From NCBI GenBank assembly GCA_964592485.1, contig CAZQEY010000001.1:456-64455 (forward strand): a stretch of DNA of 64,000 nt, written 5' to 3'. The DNA comes from an uncultured Planctomycetales bacterium (GTDB lineage Bacteria > Omnitrophota > Gorgyraeia > Gygaellales > JAHJCI01). Of this stretch, positions 17,549 through 26,501 are shown piece after piece. The notes under the pieces are model-generated. The model was not told where the DNA came from. It saw only the letters and a program-made list of their open reading frames with translations, and did not search any database. Every line of letters begins with the position of its first letter. Position 1 is the first letter of the stretch. The position numbers were made by a program, and so were the translations under genes.

Positions 17549-18472
17549 TCATTTGGGAAATGGACTAATAACTGCTTTTGCAACTGATGGGGACACTGCA
17601 TTGCCTATTTGCCAATATTTTGCCTCTAAAGAATCTTCTACCTTAAAATTATCCGGAAAACTCTGAATCCTTGCACATTCTTTCCACGAAAGTCTTCTAT
17701 GCCTAGACCCTTTGGGTAATATCCATTTATCTTCGCTCACATATACCATTGGCTTGCCCATTGGATGAAGAGGTACATGCCTCCAATTTGCCAAAATACA
17801 GTAACTTACTTCATCCCAACCACGTTTTCTATTTCTTGAAAGATAATACCATGGGAAACCTTCATCATAAAACTCACCTTCTGGCCACCTGGGTAAATCC
17901 CATATAGAATCTCGAAGAGTCACGTAATTTTTTAACCCTGGGCCATGAGTTGGTTTAGGGAATGTATATTGAAAGTCTACACTTTTTTTTACTCCGACAA
18001 TAAATATTCTCTTCCTATCCTGCGGAACCCCAAAGTCTTTAGCATCTAATACTTCCCATTTAACTGCATACCCAGCTGCTCTATAAGCTTTTAGCTGGTT
18101 CTTTAAAAATCTTCCATTATAGAGAACTGCCATACCATTTACATTTTCTGCTATGAAAAATTTTGGCTTTATTGTTTTTATACATCTAAGAAACTGCCTG
18201 TAAAGGTAATTTCTTTCATCAAATGATTTTCTATTCCCTCCCACACTGAAACCTTGGCAAGGATAACAACCTACAGCCATATCTGCCTTAGGAAAATTCT
18301 TTACATTATCAATATCGCCACGAAAGAATTCAACCTCTGGAAAGTTTGCTATATAAGATTTTGCTGCGGGAGGATATATATCATTAGCCCATATGATTTT
18401 GTGACCTGCTAGCTTAACCCCGAAATCAAAACCGCCACAACCAGAAAATAAAGATATAACTTTTAAAGGCAT
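17549..18472 (-). CDS. DNA (cytosine-5)-methyltransferase; DrmMII-like
   Basis: Motif I FSGCGGFDFG, motif IV GCYPCQGFS (PCQ), motif VI ENVNG, motif X QIGNAV. Confidence 0.85.
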   Translation of the reverse strand: MPLKVISLFSGCGGFDFGVKLAGHKIIWANDIYPPAAKSYIANFPEVEFFRGDIDNVKNFPKADMAVGCYPCQGFSVGGNRKSFDERNYLYRQFLRCIKTIKPKFFIAENVNGMAVLYNGRFLKNQLKAYRAAGYAVKWEVLDAKDFGVPQDRKRIFIVGVKKSVDFQYTFPKPTHGPGLKNYVTLRDSIWDLPRWPEGEFYDEGFPWYYLSRNRKRGWDEVSYCILANWRHVPLHPMGKPMVYVSEDKWILPKGSRHRRLSWKECARIQSFPDNFKVEDSLEAKYWQIGNAVSPSVAKAVISPFPK

Positions 18473-18790
18473 TATTTATTTCCCTTTATCTGATTTTTCC
18501 GCCACTCATTTATTTCTTTTTTATCGAATCTCCACTGCCCACCAAATTTAAAAGCCGGGATTTTTCTTTCCCGGCTTAATCTTCTTATTGAATAAGGAGC
18601 AATTTAAGGACTTCTGCTATTTCTTTAACTGTATGAACCTCGGATAATTCCCCCATTAAGGCTCCTGTTACATTTTGTTATATATTATATCGCCAATTTA
18701 TTCTCTCCACAATCAAAAAATACCTCTTTAAAATACTCTATTTGCCTTGATATCTCTCGAAATATATGGCTATATATGACCTGAGGTGAG

Positions 18791-19252
18791 ATGACCGTGA
18801 AAGAAAAATTGCAATCCGAGATAGAAAAACTAAATAATGCAACTTTTGAACAAGTTCAAGAAAAATATCATGAGCTTTTTGATGTTAAAGAGATACCTTG
18901 TGGCAATAAAAGTTACTTGCTAAAGAGAATTATTTACAAATTACAAGAAATCGAATATGGCGGTTTATCAAAAGAAGCTAAAAATAAAATTGAAGAATTA
19001 ACTAAAGAATTCGATCCTATTAATAATATTGCTCTCAGGCCAAGCATTCCGAAAGAAAGAGTATTCTTACGAGATAGGCGCCTTCCTATTCCGGGGACAG
19101 TAATCATTAAAGAATATAAAGGCAATAATTTCAAAGTTAAAGTCTTAGAAAGGGGTTTTGAATATAATGGCAAGATTTTTAAATCCCTTACTGCGATAGC
19201 TAAAGAAATAACCGGGGCTCATTGGAACGGATATTTATTTTTTAATCTATGA
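18791..19252 (+). CDS. DUF2924-family protein; the usual partner of large serine recombinases
   Basis: RRLPIPGTVIIKEYKGNNFKVKVLERGFEYNGKIFKSLTAIAKEITGAHWNGYLFF matches the DUF2924 consensus (...ITGtrWNGwrFFgl). Its stop overlaps the recombinase start (ATGA). Confidence 0.5.
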   Translation: MTVKEKLQSEIEKLNNATFEQVQEKYHELFDVKEIPCGNKSYLLKRIIYKLQEIEYGGLSKEAKNKIEELTKEFDPINNIALRPSIPKERVFLRDRRLPIPGTVIIKEYKGNNFKVKVLERGFEYNGKIFKSLTAIAKEITGAHWNGYLFFNL

Positions 19253-20622
19253 AAGACGAAAAGAAAACTAAACAAGAAAAGAAACAAAACTTCTGTGCTA
19301 TTTATACGCGCGTCTCCACTGCTGAAAACTTAGAACAGGAATTTACTTCTTTGGATGCCCAGCGCGAATCTGCTGAAAGCTACATCTTAAGCCAAAAATC
19401 TGAAGGTTGGATCGCTCTAACAGAACATTATAATGACGCCGGTTATACCGGAGCAAATACAGATAGACCTGCCTTGCAAAGGCTTATCCAAGATATCAAA
19501 GATAGAAAAATTAACTGTGTTGTAGTTTATAAAGTAGATAGATTATCTCGTTCTTTGCTTGATTTCAGCCAGCTTTTAGAATTTTTTGAGCAACATAATG
19601 TGGCTTTTGTTTCAGTAACGCAAAATTTTAACACTAACACTTCTATGGGGCGATTAACCTTGAATATCCTACTTTCTTTTGCTCAATTTGAAAGAGAAAT
19701 CATTAGTGAAAGAACGCGTGATAAGATGGGTGCTGCCAAAAAGAAAGGCAAATGGATCGGCGGAAGGCCGCCTTTAGGCTATGATCTTGATAGGGTAAAC
19801 CATAAGCTTGTAATAAATCCAAAGGAAGCTAAGCTCGTGCGTAAAATATTCGACCTATATCTTGAAAAACGCTCGCTTTTGGCTGTAACTATTGCCTTAA
19901 ATGAACAAGGCTTCAAGACAAAGAGCTATATCACGCTTCAAGGTAGAACCTTCGGTGGAATTAAATTTAAAAACACGGGAATTCAACTAATTTTAAAGAA
20001 TATTTATTATACCGGTAAAGTCAAATACAATGGCGAAATCTATCCAGGCGAACAAGAGCGCATAATATCCGATGAAACATTTCAAAGGGCTCAAGAAATC
20101 TTAATCGAAAACAGACCAGAACGAAAAATTACCCAAAATGCCAAAAATATTGGCTTACTTAGCGATATTTTGCGCTGTAAAAACTGCAATTGTTCGATGT
20201 ATTATGCCTACGCTATAAAAGGCAAATATAAATACCACTATTATCTCTGTATGAATGCTCAAAAGCGCGGCTACAAAAGCTGTCCTACGCGCTTAATCAA
20301 CGCTCAGGCTATTGAAAATAAAGTAATCGAATGCCTCAAAAATATTATCAATGATAAGGAAAAACCAAACAAAATTTTAAAAATATTAAATAAGGGGCCC
20401 TCAAAGGAAAAAGCCATAACTATGGAAAAACTTAGAGATGTCATAATGGTAAATTCCCCACTCTGGGGAAATTTCAGCCTTAAAGAAAAGAGGCGAATGC
20501 TTATGTTAATTGTTAAAGGTATGGACTATGATTCCAAAAATGGAGTTTTAGGAATTACCCTGAATGAAAATGGACTAAAATTCTTATGTGCAAATATAGA
20601 TTTCAATCAAAAGGATAGGTAA
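19249..20622 (+). CDS. Large serine recombinase (integrase)
   Basis: N-terminal resolvase domain AIYTRVSTAENLEQ...DAQRE with the catalytic Ser in RVST, a recombinase domain, and a C-terminal zinc ribbon CKNCNC...CMNAQKRGYKSC. Confidence 0.85.
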   Translation: MKDEKKTKQEKKQNFCAIYTRVSTAENLEQEFTSLDAQRESAESYILSQKSEGWIALTEHYNDAGYTGANTDRPALQRLIQDIKDRKINCVVVYKVDRLSRSLLDFSQLLEFFEQHNVAFVSVTQNFNTNTSMGRLTLNILLSFAQFEREIISERTRDKMGAAKKKGKWIGGRPPLGYDLDRVNHKLVINPKEAKLVRKIFDLYLEKRSLLAVTIALNEQGFKTKSYITLQGRTFGGIKFKNTGIQLILKNIYYTGKVKYNGEIYPGEQERIISDETFQRAQEILIENRPERKITQNAKNIGLLSDILRCKNCNCSMYYAYAIKGKYKYHYYLCMNAQKRGYKSCPTRLINAQAIENKVIECLKNIINDKEKPNKILKILNKGPSKEKAITMEKLRDVIMVNSPLWGNFSLKEKRRMLMLIVKGMDYDSKNGVLGITLNENGLKFLCANIDFNQKDR

Positions 20623-20623
20623 A

Positions 20624-20998
20624 ATGGATAGTGCTTTAAGATTTGAATTTAAAGTAGCTTTAAAAGAGCTTAAACATCAAAGGCCAAAATGTAAAGAAGC
20701 TGAAATCAGGAAAGAGCCTCGTCTTCGCCAGACATTAATCTTGGCTTATCATATTCAAGATATTATTAGTGAAAATAGAGCTAAGGATTTTACGCAAATT
20801 GCAAAATGGCTCAATATGACCAAAGCTAGGCTAAGCCAAATTATGAATTTTGTTAATCTGGCACCTTGTATCCAGGAAGAAATTCTCCTCTCTAAAAATA
20901 ACAAAATCCAGGAATTTACTGAATATAAAATCCGAGCAATTACTATAGAGTCCGGTTGGGAAAAACAAAAGAAGCTCTGGAAAGAACTAATTTCATAA
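20624..20998 (+). CDS. Small HTH-containing protein (124 aa); function unknown
   Basis: IAKWLNMTKARLSQIMNFVNLAP is HTH-like. It is co-oriented with the recombinase and starts 2 nt after it. Confidence 0.4.
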   Translation: MDSALRFEFKVALKELKHQRPKCKEAEIRKEPRLRQTLILAYHIQDIISENRAKDFTQIAKWLNMTKARLSQIMNFVNLAPCIQEEILLSKNNKIQEFTEYKIRAITIESGWEKQKKLWKELIS

Positions 20999-21340
20999 AT
21001 CTTACCTCTTATCTCTTCTTTAATCTCGCTGATTTATTGTTAAAATCCATTTAACTCATATTTCTAAAAGAAGAATGCCAACAAAAATACGACAAATATT
21101 AAAAAAATAGCAGTTAAATGGCATCTGTTAAATGCAGAGATAAAATGGTAGATTTTAGAGAAAAATCAGCAGATTACTGGCAGATTCATTTAACAAGTTT
21201 ACTGAATCAGAAAATGTGATTAGATTATCAAGCTTATAATGCCCTAACCTTTTGACAAATCGATACATAAAAATAGCCTTGATTAACGATAATAATCAAG
21301 GCTATTGACCTCTCAAATTGCAAATTGAGAGAGAATTTAT

Positions 21341-21415
21341 TGGGGTGGCTAACGGGATTTGAACCCGCTCTAAGAGAGCCACAGTCTCTCGTGCTGCCAT
21401 TACACCATAGCCACC
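21341..21415 (-). tRNA. tRNA-His (GTG) with encoded G-1 and CCA
   Basis: Reverse complement GGTGGCTATGGTGTAATGGCAGCACGAGAGACTGTGGCTCTCTTAGAGCGGGTTCAAATCCCGTTAGCCACCCCA. Anticodon loop CTGTGGC, extra 5' G pairing with C73, 7-bp acceptor stem, T-loop TTCAAAT. Confidence 0.85.
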
Positions 21416-21427
21416 ATTGACTTTTAT

Positions 21428-22681
21428 TTAATCTTCTGAAAAATTATCCTGTTGAAACTCTGTCTTATCAGTCTTTAAAGCATCCAGGATTGCGTCCTTG
21501 AAGCTCTTGCCCACAGAAAGTGCCCCATCAATAATTGCCTTGGTTGCTCCGGTTGTTCCCTTTGCCACGCCCTCAAGAAGTCTGCCTGGCAGCAAAACCA
21601 CATCTTCAATCTTAACCTTATCGGATGCAACTGCCTTACTGATTGTATCATTTACTGCCTGACTGATACTGTCAAGTTTAAATTCCGGCTTATCCATCTT
21701 CGTTTTTATGGTAAAATTCAATACTATCCTTCCCTGATTAAGTGCACGAAAAATCCCCAGAACCGTAGTAGCAACCTTTTCCGCATTATGTTCGGGCTGG
21801 TCAGGCGGGCGCGGCTTGAATTTAATATCGGTTAATTCCAGACGACACTGCGCCGTAATTTCATTATTCAGTCCCTGAATGTCGCTGCTAAAATTAAGGT
21901 TTGCCTTTTCTATGCGCGAATTCTCCAAATCCACCCAATAAGAATAGTAGGGATACAGCTGTATGCCGTCAATGCCGTCAATCTCCAGCCTTGCCTGCAT
22001 ATCTTTCTTATAAAGGTTAATCCAGCCGGAAGCGTAGACGCTTCCTTCCTCCGAACCTCCCTGCCAGGGTATCTTTGCGGTTAATTGGAAATTTGTAAAT
22101 ACCGACTTAGGAAAAAGATACAGGTTATCTACATCGAGTAAAACCTCTTTTAAGATTATCCGTACGCCTGATTCAGAAACAGTCCGGTCAATAAAACTTA
22201 TTGTTCCTTGTTTAACATTCAAGGATTTTATAACAATTGGGGTTGACCGCCTATTCTCTGTCTTGGATGTATTTACTTTAGATTGATTCGGGGCTTCTTG
22301 GGCTGGGGATAAAGCCTTGCCTGTACTTATTGGCTCATTCTTTGATGGTTCATCGGCAGACAATCTTCTTTCCCAATTAATCTCCGGCCTTACAACCCTG
22401 AGTTCATTGAGAATAATCTTACCGCGAAGCAAACCGGAAAGACTTGGAGATGCATAAATGTAATCAATCTTTGCCAGCTTCTCAATTGTCAGGCCCCTTA
22501 TCTCTAAAGCCAGAATCTTTCTTAATCCCAGATAACCGATGCTTACATCTTTTTTTAATGCATCCTCTAATTTTTGGGTAAGCAACGCCTTGCCTCTAAG
22601 CGCAACAAATATACGTGCTGCGCTAAAGAGCAAAACCAGGATTGCCAATACGATTATTAATATTTTTATAAACAGTTTCAT
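21428..22681 (-). CDS. N-terminally anchored envelope protein with a large extracytoplasmic domain (AsmA/DUF748-like, tentative)
   Basis: One N-terminal TM segment (MKLFIKILIIVLAILVLLF) followed by ~390 soluble residues. Assignment is by architecture only. Confidence 0.35.
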   Translation of the reverse strand: MKLFIKILIIVLAILVLLFSAARIFVALRGKALLTQKLEDALKKDVSIGYLGLRKILALEIRGLTIEKLAKIDYIYASPSLSGLLRGKIILNELRVVRPEINWERRLSADEPSKNEPISTGKALSPAQEAPNQSKVNTSKTENRRSTPIVIKSLNVKQGTISFIDRTVSESGVRIILKEVLLDVDNLYLFPKSVFTNFQLTAKIPWQGGSEEGSVYASGWINLYKKDMQARLEIDGIDGIQLYPYYSYWVDLENSRIEKANLNFSSDIQGLNNEITAQCRLELTDIKFKPRPPDQPEHNAEKVATTVLGIFRALNQGRIVLNFTIKTKMDKPEFKLDSISQAVNDTISKAVASDKVKIEDVVLLPGRLLEGVAKGTTGATKAIIDGALSVGKSFKDAILDALKTDKTEFQQDNFSED

Positions 22682-22751
22682 AACATTTGGGGCACCTGGC
22701 GTGATTCGGAAAACCGACCCATACCGCCCTTTCTTATCTTAATCTTTCCTA

Positions 22752-22825
22752 TGCGCCCGGCCCGAATCGAACGGGCAACCCTCTGCTTAGAAGGCAGATG
22801 CTCTATCCTATTGAGCTACGGGCGC
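22752..22825 (-). tRNA. tRNA-Arg (TCT)
   Basis: Reverse complement GCGCCCGTAGCTCAATAGGATAGAGCATCTGCCTTCTAAGCAGAGGGTTGCCCGTTCGATTCGGGCCGGGCGCA. Anticodon loop CTTCTAA, T-loop TTCGATT, 7-bp acceptor stem. Confidence 0.85.
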
Positions 22826-22933
22826 ATTTTCCAGGATTCTCTTCAAAAATTCTTTATAGAACGTTCACTTAATCATTACTACTTACTACTTAATCCTAAC
22901 CCCTACCTACTACATACTATCTACTAAATCAAT

Positions 22934-23039
22934 CGGGGCGGACGGACTTGCGAGCCGCCCTCACACAAGTTTACGCGGCGAAGTCCCGAGGCTTCCTTAA
23001 TATAAATACGTTAAAAGCCGAGGGAAACCGTCGACCTCT
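22934..23039 (-). pseudogene. Partial tRNA-Pro copy: a 3'-portion fragment interrupted by a ~74-nt insertion
   Basis: tcggggcggacggacttg (22934-22951) and aaccgtcgacctct (23026-23039) are identical to the matching segments of the intact tRNA-Pro 3' half, but are separated by unrelated sequence. Confidence 0.4.
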
Positions 23040-23107
23040 GATTATTCGTCCCTCGCTACTTGCATTAAAACTATTGTCGCTCGGGATCATCCGCCAAAGG
23101 CGGATGG

Positions 23108-23183
23108 TCGGGGCGGACGGACTTGAACCGTCGACCTCTTGGTCCCAAACCAAGCGCTCTAAGCCAAACTGAGCCACGCCCCG
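23108..23183 (-). tRNA. tRNA-Pro (TGG)
   Basis: Reverse complement CGGGGCGTGGCTCAGTTTGGCTTAGAGCGCTTGGTTTGGGACCAAGAGGTCGACGGTTCAAGTCCGTCCGCCCCGA. Anticodon loop TTTGGGA, T-loop TTCAAGT. Confidence 0.85.
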
Positions 23184-23188
23184 CACTG

Positions 23189-23434
23189 TTATTCTCGGTG
23201 GCGAAATAAATTTATTAAAGTGCTTCTACCCCTACCTGTCTTTAAAAACTTTTCTCTTTTTAAAGCTAAAGATTTGCTATCGTACTGCTCAACCTTAACC
23301 AATCCCCATGGAACTTTCGATTTTGTAGATAAACTTTCTCGATGATTATGCTGTTTAAGACGTTTATTTACATCATTTGTAGAACCAATATAAAAACTTC
23401 CGTCTTTGTAACTTCTAATTATATAAACGTACAT
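23189..23434 (-). CDS. Small stand-alone GIY-YIG nuclease-family protein (YhbQ/UPF0213-like, 81 aa)
   Basis: MYVYIIRSYKDGSFYIGSTNDVNKRLKQHN is the GIY-YIG motif (YVYIIR...FYIGST). R and E residues sit downstream. Confidence 0.7.
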   Translation of the reverse strand: MYVYIIRSYKDGSFYIGSTNDVNKRLKQHNHRESLSTKSKVPWGLVKVEQYDSKSLALKREKFLKTGRGRSTLINLFRHRE

Positions 23435-23498
23435 TTAGCCACAAACCAAGCGCCCGCCACTAAAACGTTGGCGGGCGTCCGCCAATCTTTGTGGCGGA

Positions 23499-23527
23499 CG
23501 CTCTAAGCCAAACTGAGCCACGCCCCG
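23499..23527 (-). pseudogene. Second partial tRNA-Pro copy: acceptor plus D-arm (5' part) only
   Basis: The reverse complement CGGGGCGTGGCTCAGTTTGGCTTAGAGCG is identical to the 5' 29 nt of the intact tRNA-Pro. It is followed by two GC hairpins and a degenerate anticodon-arm-like segment GCGCTTGGTTTGTGGC. Confidence 0.4.
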
Positions 23528-23619
23528 GTCGCTCACTAGTGCTTATTCTTAACTGGTCAGTAAACAAATAAAACTTTTAGCTGTATCCTTACTTCAGCTG
23601 TATTCGTTGGACGTTCGCT

Positions 23620-23800
23620 CCTTAGGAGGGGGCACGCCCCCTCCTAACGCTCCACAATATTTAAATCTCGGGTCGCTGTTCTCCCCCCTGCCTGCCGGCA
23701 GGCAGGTAAAGCGTGGGGGACATTCTCCCCCACACCCCCTTTAGGTTTTTGGTAATAAAACAATATTTTTACATAAGCCGTATCCGCTTTCGCGGATAAT
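23620..23800. repeat. Cluster of GC-rich palindromic (REP-like) hairpins
   Basis: ggagggggcacgccccctcc, cctgcctgccggcaggcagg (a perfect 10+10 palindrome), gtgggggacattctcccccac and tatccgctttcgcggata, all in an AT-rich intergenic stretch. The same cctgcctgccggcaggcagg palindrome recurs at about 34133-34152. Confidence 0.5.
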
Positions 23801-23852
23801 TACCAAAAACCTGTCGCTCAGTAGTGGTTATTCAGGTAGGTTAGTATAACAC

Positions 23853-24488
23853 TTAGTGTATTTTTGTCAATCTATCCGAATATTTCCGGATTATCTTTTT
23901 TGCCTCGTTGAGCGCGCGAAAGCGATGGCTCATCTTATGTTTGATTCGTAAACCCAGTTGAGCAAAGGTTTTTTTATACTTAGGGATAATGAACAAAGGG
24001 TCATAACCAAAGCCGGCAGAGCCGCGCATTTTAAATCCGATTAAGCCGGGACAAATCCCCTCGGCAACACCAAGTAAACAGTTCTTATCAGCCAGGGCTA
24101 CGCTGCAAACATAGCGCGCCTTTCGCTTAGGGAGCGGCAGATTTCCCAGAAGGCGTAATAACTTAAGATTATTCTTTAAATCGCTTTTATCCTTCCCGGA
24201 AAAGCGTGAAGAATATATCCCTGGTTTTCCGTCTAAGGCAGCAACCTCAAGCCCAGAATCCTCACCCAGGGTTAATCTTTGCGTAAAACGGGCAATCTTC
24301 ATTGCCTTTCTTATGGCATTTTCTTTAAAGGTTTTACCATTTTCGGCAATATAGGGTGCCCGGGGATAATCACGCAGGGATGATATTTTTAGAGCCTTTA
24401 GTCCTTTTAGTAACTCTTTTATCTCCCTAACCTTTTTTTGATTTCTACTGGCAATTACCAGTTCAATTCGTTGTTTTTTGCTCACCAT
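23853..24488 (-). CDS. rdgB: Non-canonical purine NTP pyrophosphatase (RdgB/Ham1 family)
   Basis: ELVIASRNQKKVREI at the N-terminus and Ham1-family length and motifs (..KPGIYSSRF.., FGYDP). Confidence 0.8.
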   Translation of the reverse strand: MVSKKQRIELVIASRNQKKVREIKELLKGLKALKISSLRDYPRAPYIAENGKTFKENAIRKAMKIARFTQRLTLGEDSGLEVAALDGKPGIYSSRFSGKDKSDLKNNLKLLRLLGNLPLPKRKARYVCSVALADKNCLLGVAEGICPGLIGFKMRGSAGFGYDPLFIIPKYKKTFAQLGLRIKHKMSHRFRALNEAKKIIRKYSDRLTKIH

Positions 24489-24525
24489 CTCGCCCTATTG
24501 GAAGTCTCGCCTTGAAGAAAAATCA

Positions 24526-25257
24526 TTAGAGAGGGCCGTCCCCGTAATTTATTTTTTTCAATAAATTGTGCTGAATATCAATCAGATACAGAATCCCTGT
24601 TTTGGCTAATTCCAGAAGTTTATCCATTTGCTCCTTCTTAAAGGGGAACCTTTCTGCTGTACCCTGAATCTCAATAAATTCATCCTTATCAGTCATTACT
24701 ACATTCATATCAACATCAGCATGAGAATCTTCATCGTAGGTCAAATCTAACAACAGCTCTTTATTGACAATACCTACGCTAATCGCAGCAACAGAATCTT
24801 TAAGGGGAATCGTCTGAATTAATCCGGCTTCATTTAATTTAATCAGGCTATCAGCCAGAGCGATAAAACTTCCTGTAATGCTTGCCGTACGCGTTCCGCC
24901 GTCTGCCTGGATTACATCACAGTCAATCCAGATTGTGCGCTCACCTAAATCTCCCATCTCTGTTACTGCACGCAGGGACCTGCCCACTAATCTCTGTATC
25001 TCATAGGTTCGGCCTGAACTCTTGCTGCGCGGAACCCTCACCTGACAGGAACGGGGAAGCATCCCATACTCAGCGGTAACCCAACCAGTGCCGCTGCCCT
25101 TTAAAAAAGCAGGCACAGACTCCTCAACCGAAGCAGTACAGATAACCCGGGTATTACCCAGCTCAATTAAACAGGAGCCTTCTGCATAATTAATATAATT
25201 GCGCTCAATCTTTACTCTGCGTATCTGGTTAAATTCTCTGCCGTCAGCCCTCGCCAT
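24526..25257 (-). CDS. rph: Ribonuclease PH
   Basis: [46 protein letters not shown] is the classic RNase PH N-terminus. 243 aa. Confidence 0.9.
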   Translation of the reverse strand: MARADGREFNQIRRVKIERNYINYAEGSCLIELGNTRVICTASVEESVPAFLKGSGTGWVTAEYGMLPRSCQVRVPRSKSSGRTYEIQRLVGRSLRAVTEMGDLGERTIWIDCDVIQADGGTRTASITGSFIALADSLIKLNEAGLIQTIPLKDSVAAISVGIVNKELLLDLTYDEDSHADVDMNVVMTDKDEFIEIQGTAERFPFKKEQMDKLLELAKTGILYLIDIQHNLLKKINYGDGPL

Positions 25258-25259
25258 CT

Positions 25260-26501
25260 TTATAACGCCTCCTTCTGGGTCATCTCCATAATATGGGAAA
25301 CATAGGCCTCTAACTCTGGGGGGAGGCCAAGTATGGAAACATCCTCAAAGCCCTTAACAATCATTGCGATTGCAGCTTCACGGCTCAATCCGCGGCTCAT
25401 CAGATAGCAAATCTCATCTTCATCAATGGGGCCGATTGCTGCTTCATGAGAAAGTGTGCTACCCGGTGCTCCTTCGGAGATTAGCTCAGGTATTGCAAAC
25501 ACCTTACCTTGTTTAGAGAAGAGTATCCCGCGGCAGTCAAGATGCGCGCGCGTATTATCGTGTCGCGCCTGGAGTATCCCCCGGGCATAAATTTGTGCCC
25601 GGTCATAGCAAATTGAACGCATAGTTGATTGACCGCGCGAGCCGTCCCCTTCGAGAATTATTTTTGAGCCGATATCAATATAAGAATCGCCCAGGCCCCA
25701 AAGCAGGGAATTAAAATTGGCAACCGCGTCTTTGCCTTTTAAATAAGCAGAAGGAAACATCTGGATTGAACGCGCTGCTTTAGGCAAAATGTAATTGCTC
25801 TTAAATATTGCTGCCTCCTGGAGTATTCCTGCTGAGCGCGGACGCACATGAAACTCCTCTGCCCAATTGTGAATCATGGTAAAGGTAAGTTTACTCCGCT
25901 TATCTAAATAGAACTCTGAAATCCCGATATGTAAACCCTCCTTAACCTTGGGGGCAATACTGCAGCCGGTAATAATCTGCGCCTCTGCGCCCTCCTCCAT
26001 AATAATAATATTGTGCACATTTTGTAAAGTAGCATTCTCCTGCAGGAGTAGGCATGACTGAATCGGCTGGCTGACCTTGCTCCCCTTTAATACTCGAATA
26101 AAATAACCATGCATAGGATTTAGCTCCGCATAAGAGGTATATTTATCCGTATCCACTGATACTGCCTTCCAGTAATATTTCTTTTTTATCTCTGGATATT
26201 TCTCCAAAGCGTCAGTAATACTCATTATCTCTACCTGGCCGGAATACATATCTTTAACCTTCTGGTATATTACGCTGTGGTCTAACTGGACAAAAGTCCC
26301 TGCGCGAGCCTCTTCCTTGAGCTCAACTCCCACTCCCTCAGCAACCCTCATAAGCTCCGGAGATAAACCGGATAATGACGAAATAGGTGACCTTTCCTGC
26401 GGTTCTTCAAACTTGACAATATCAATATCCGGACCAAAGGCAGCTATTTTGTTCTTACTCGCTTCGGCTTTATTTTCTGTCTCAATTTGCATTCTGCGCA
26501 T
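25260..26501 (-). CDS. sufB: Fe-S cluster assembly scaffold, SufB/SufD family
   Basis: Length and C-terminal beta-helix region are conserved with SufB/D. It is adjacent to sufC with overlap. Only one B/D paralogue is present, a minimal SufBC system. Confidence 0.7.
   Translation of the reverse strand: MRRMQIETENKAEASKNKIAAFGPDIDIVKFEEPQERSPISSLSGLSPELMRVAEGVGVELKEEARAGTFVQLDHSVIYQKVKDMYSGQVEIMSITDALEKYPEIKKKYYWKAVSVDTDKYTSYAELNPMHGYFIRVLKGSKVSQPIQSCLLLQENATLQNVHNIIIMEEGAEAQIITGCSIAPKVKEGLHIGISEFYLDKRSKLTFTMIHNWAEEFHVRPRSAGILQEAAIFKSNYILPKAARSIQMFPSAYLKGKDAVANFNSLLWGLGDSYIDIGSKIILEGDGSRGQSTMRSICYDRAQIYARGILQARHDNTRAHLDCRGILFSKQGKVFAIPELISEGAPGSTLSHEAAIGPIDEDEICYLMSRGLSREAAIAMIVKGFEDVSILGLPPELEAYVSHIMEMTQKEAL

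Noticed and set aside
18551-18577. Hairpin aagccggga...tcccggctt between the methyltransferase gene and the recombinase module as a terminator
   Set aside because: No adequate T-run on either strand in a position that would terminate a known transcript. It may simply be an operator-like palindrome in the divergent promoter region.
22948-23186. Track ORFs 22948..23172 (+) and 22971..23186 (-)
   Set aside because: They overlap the tRNA-Pro gene and its fragment. The Gly/Arg/Ser-rich translations come from GC-rich tRNA sequence.
22934-23527. Group I intron carrying a GIY-YIG homing endonuclease inside tRNA-Pro
   Set aside because: An intact, uninterrupted tRNA-Pro gene sits between the fragments. 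The 'inserts' are only about 47 and 74 nt, far too small for a group I intron core, and the GIY-YIG ORF lies outside the tRNA gene.
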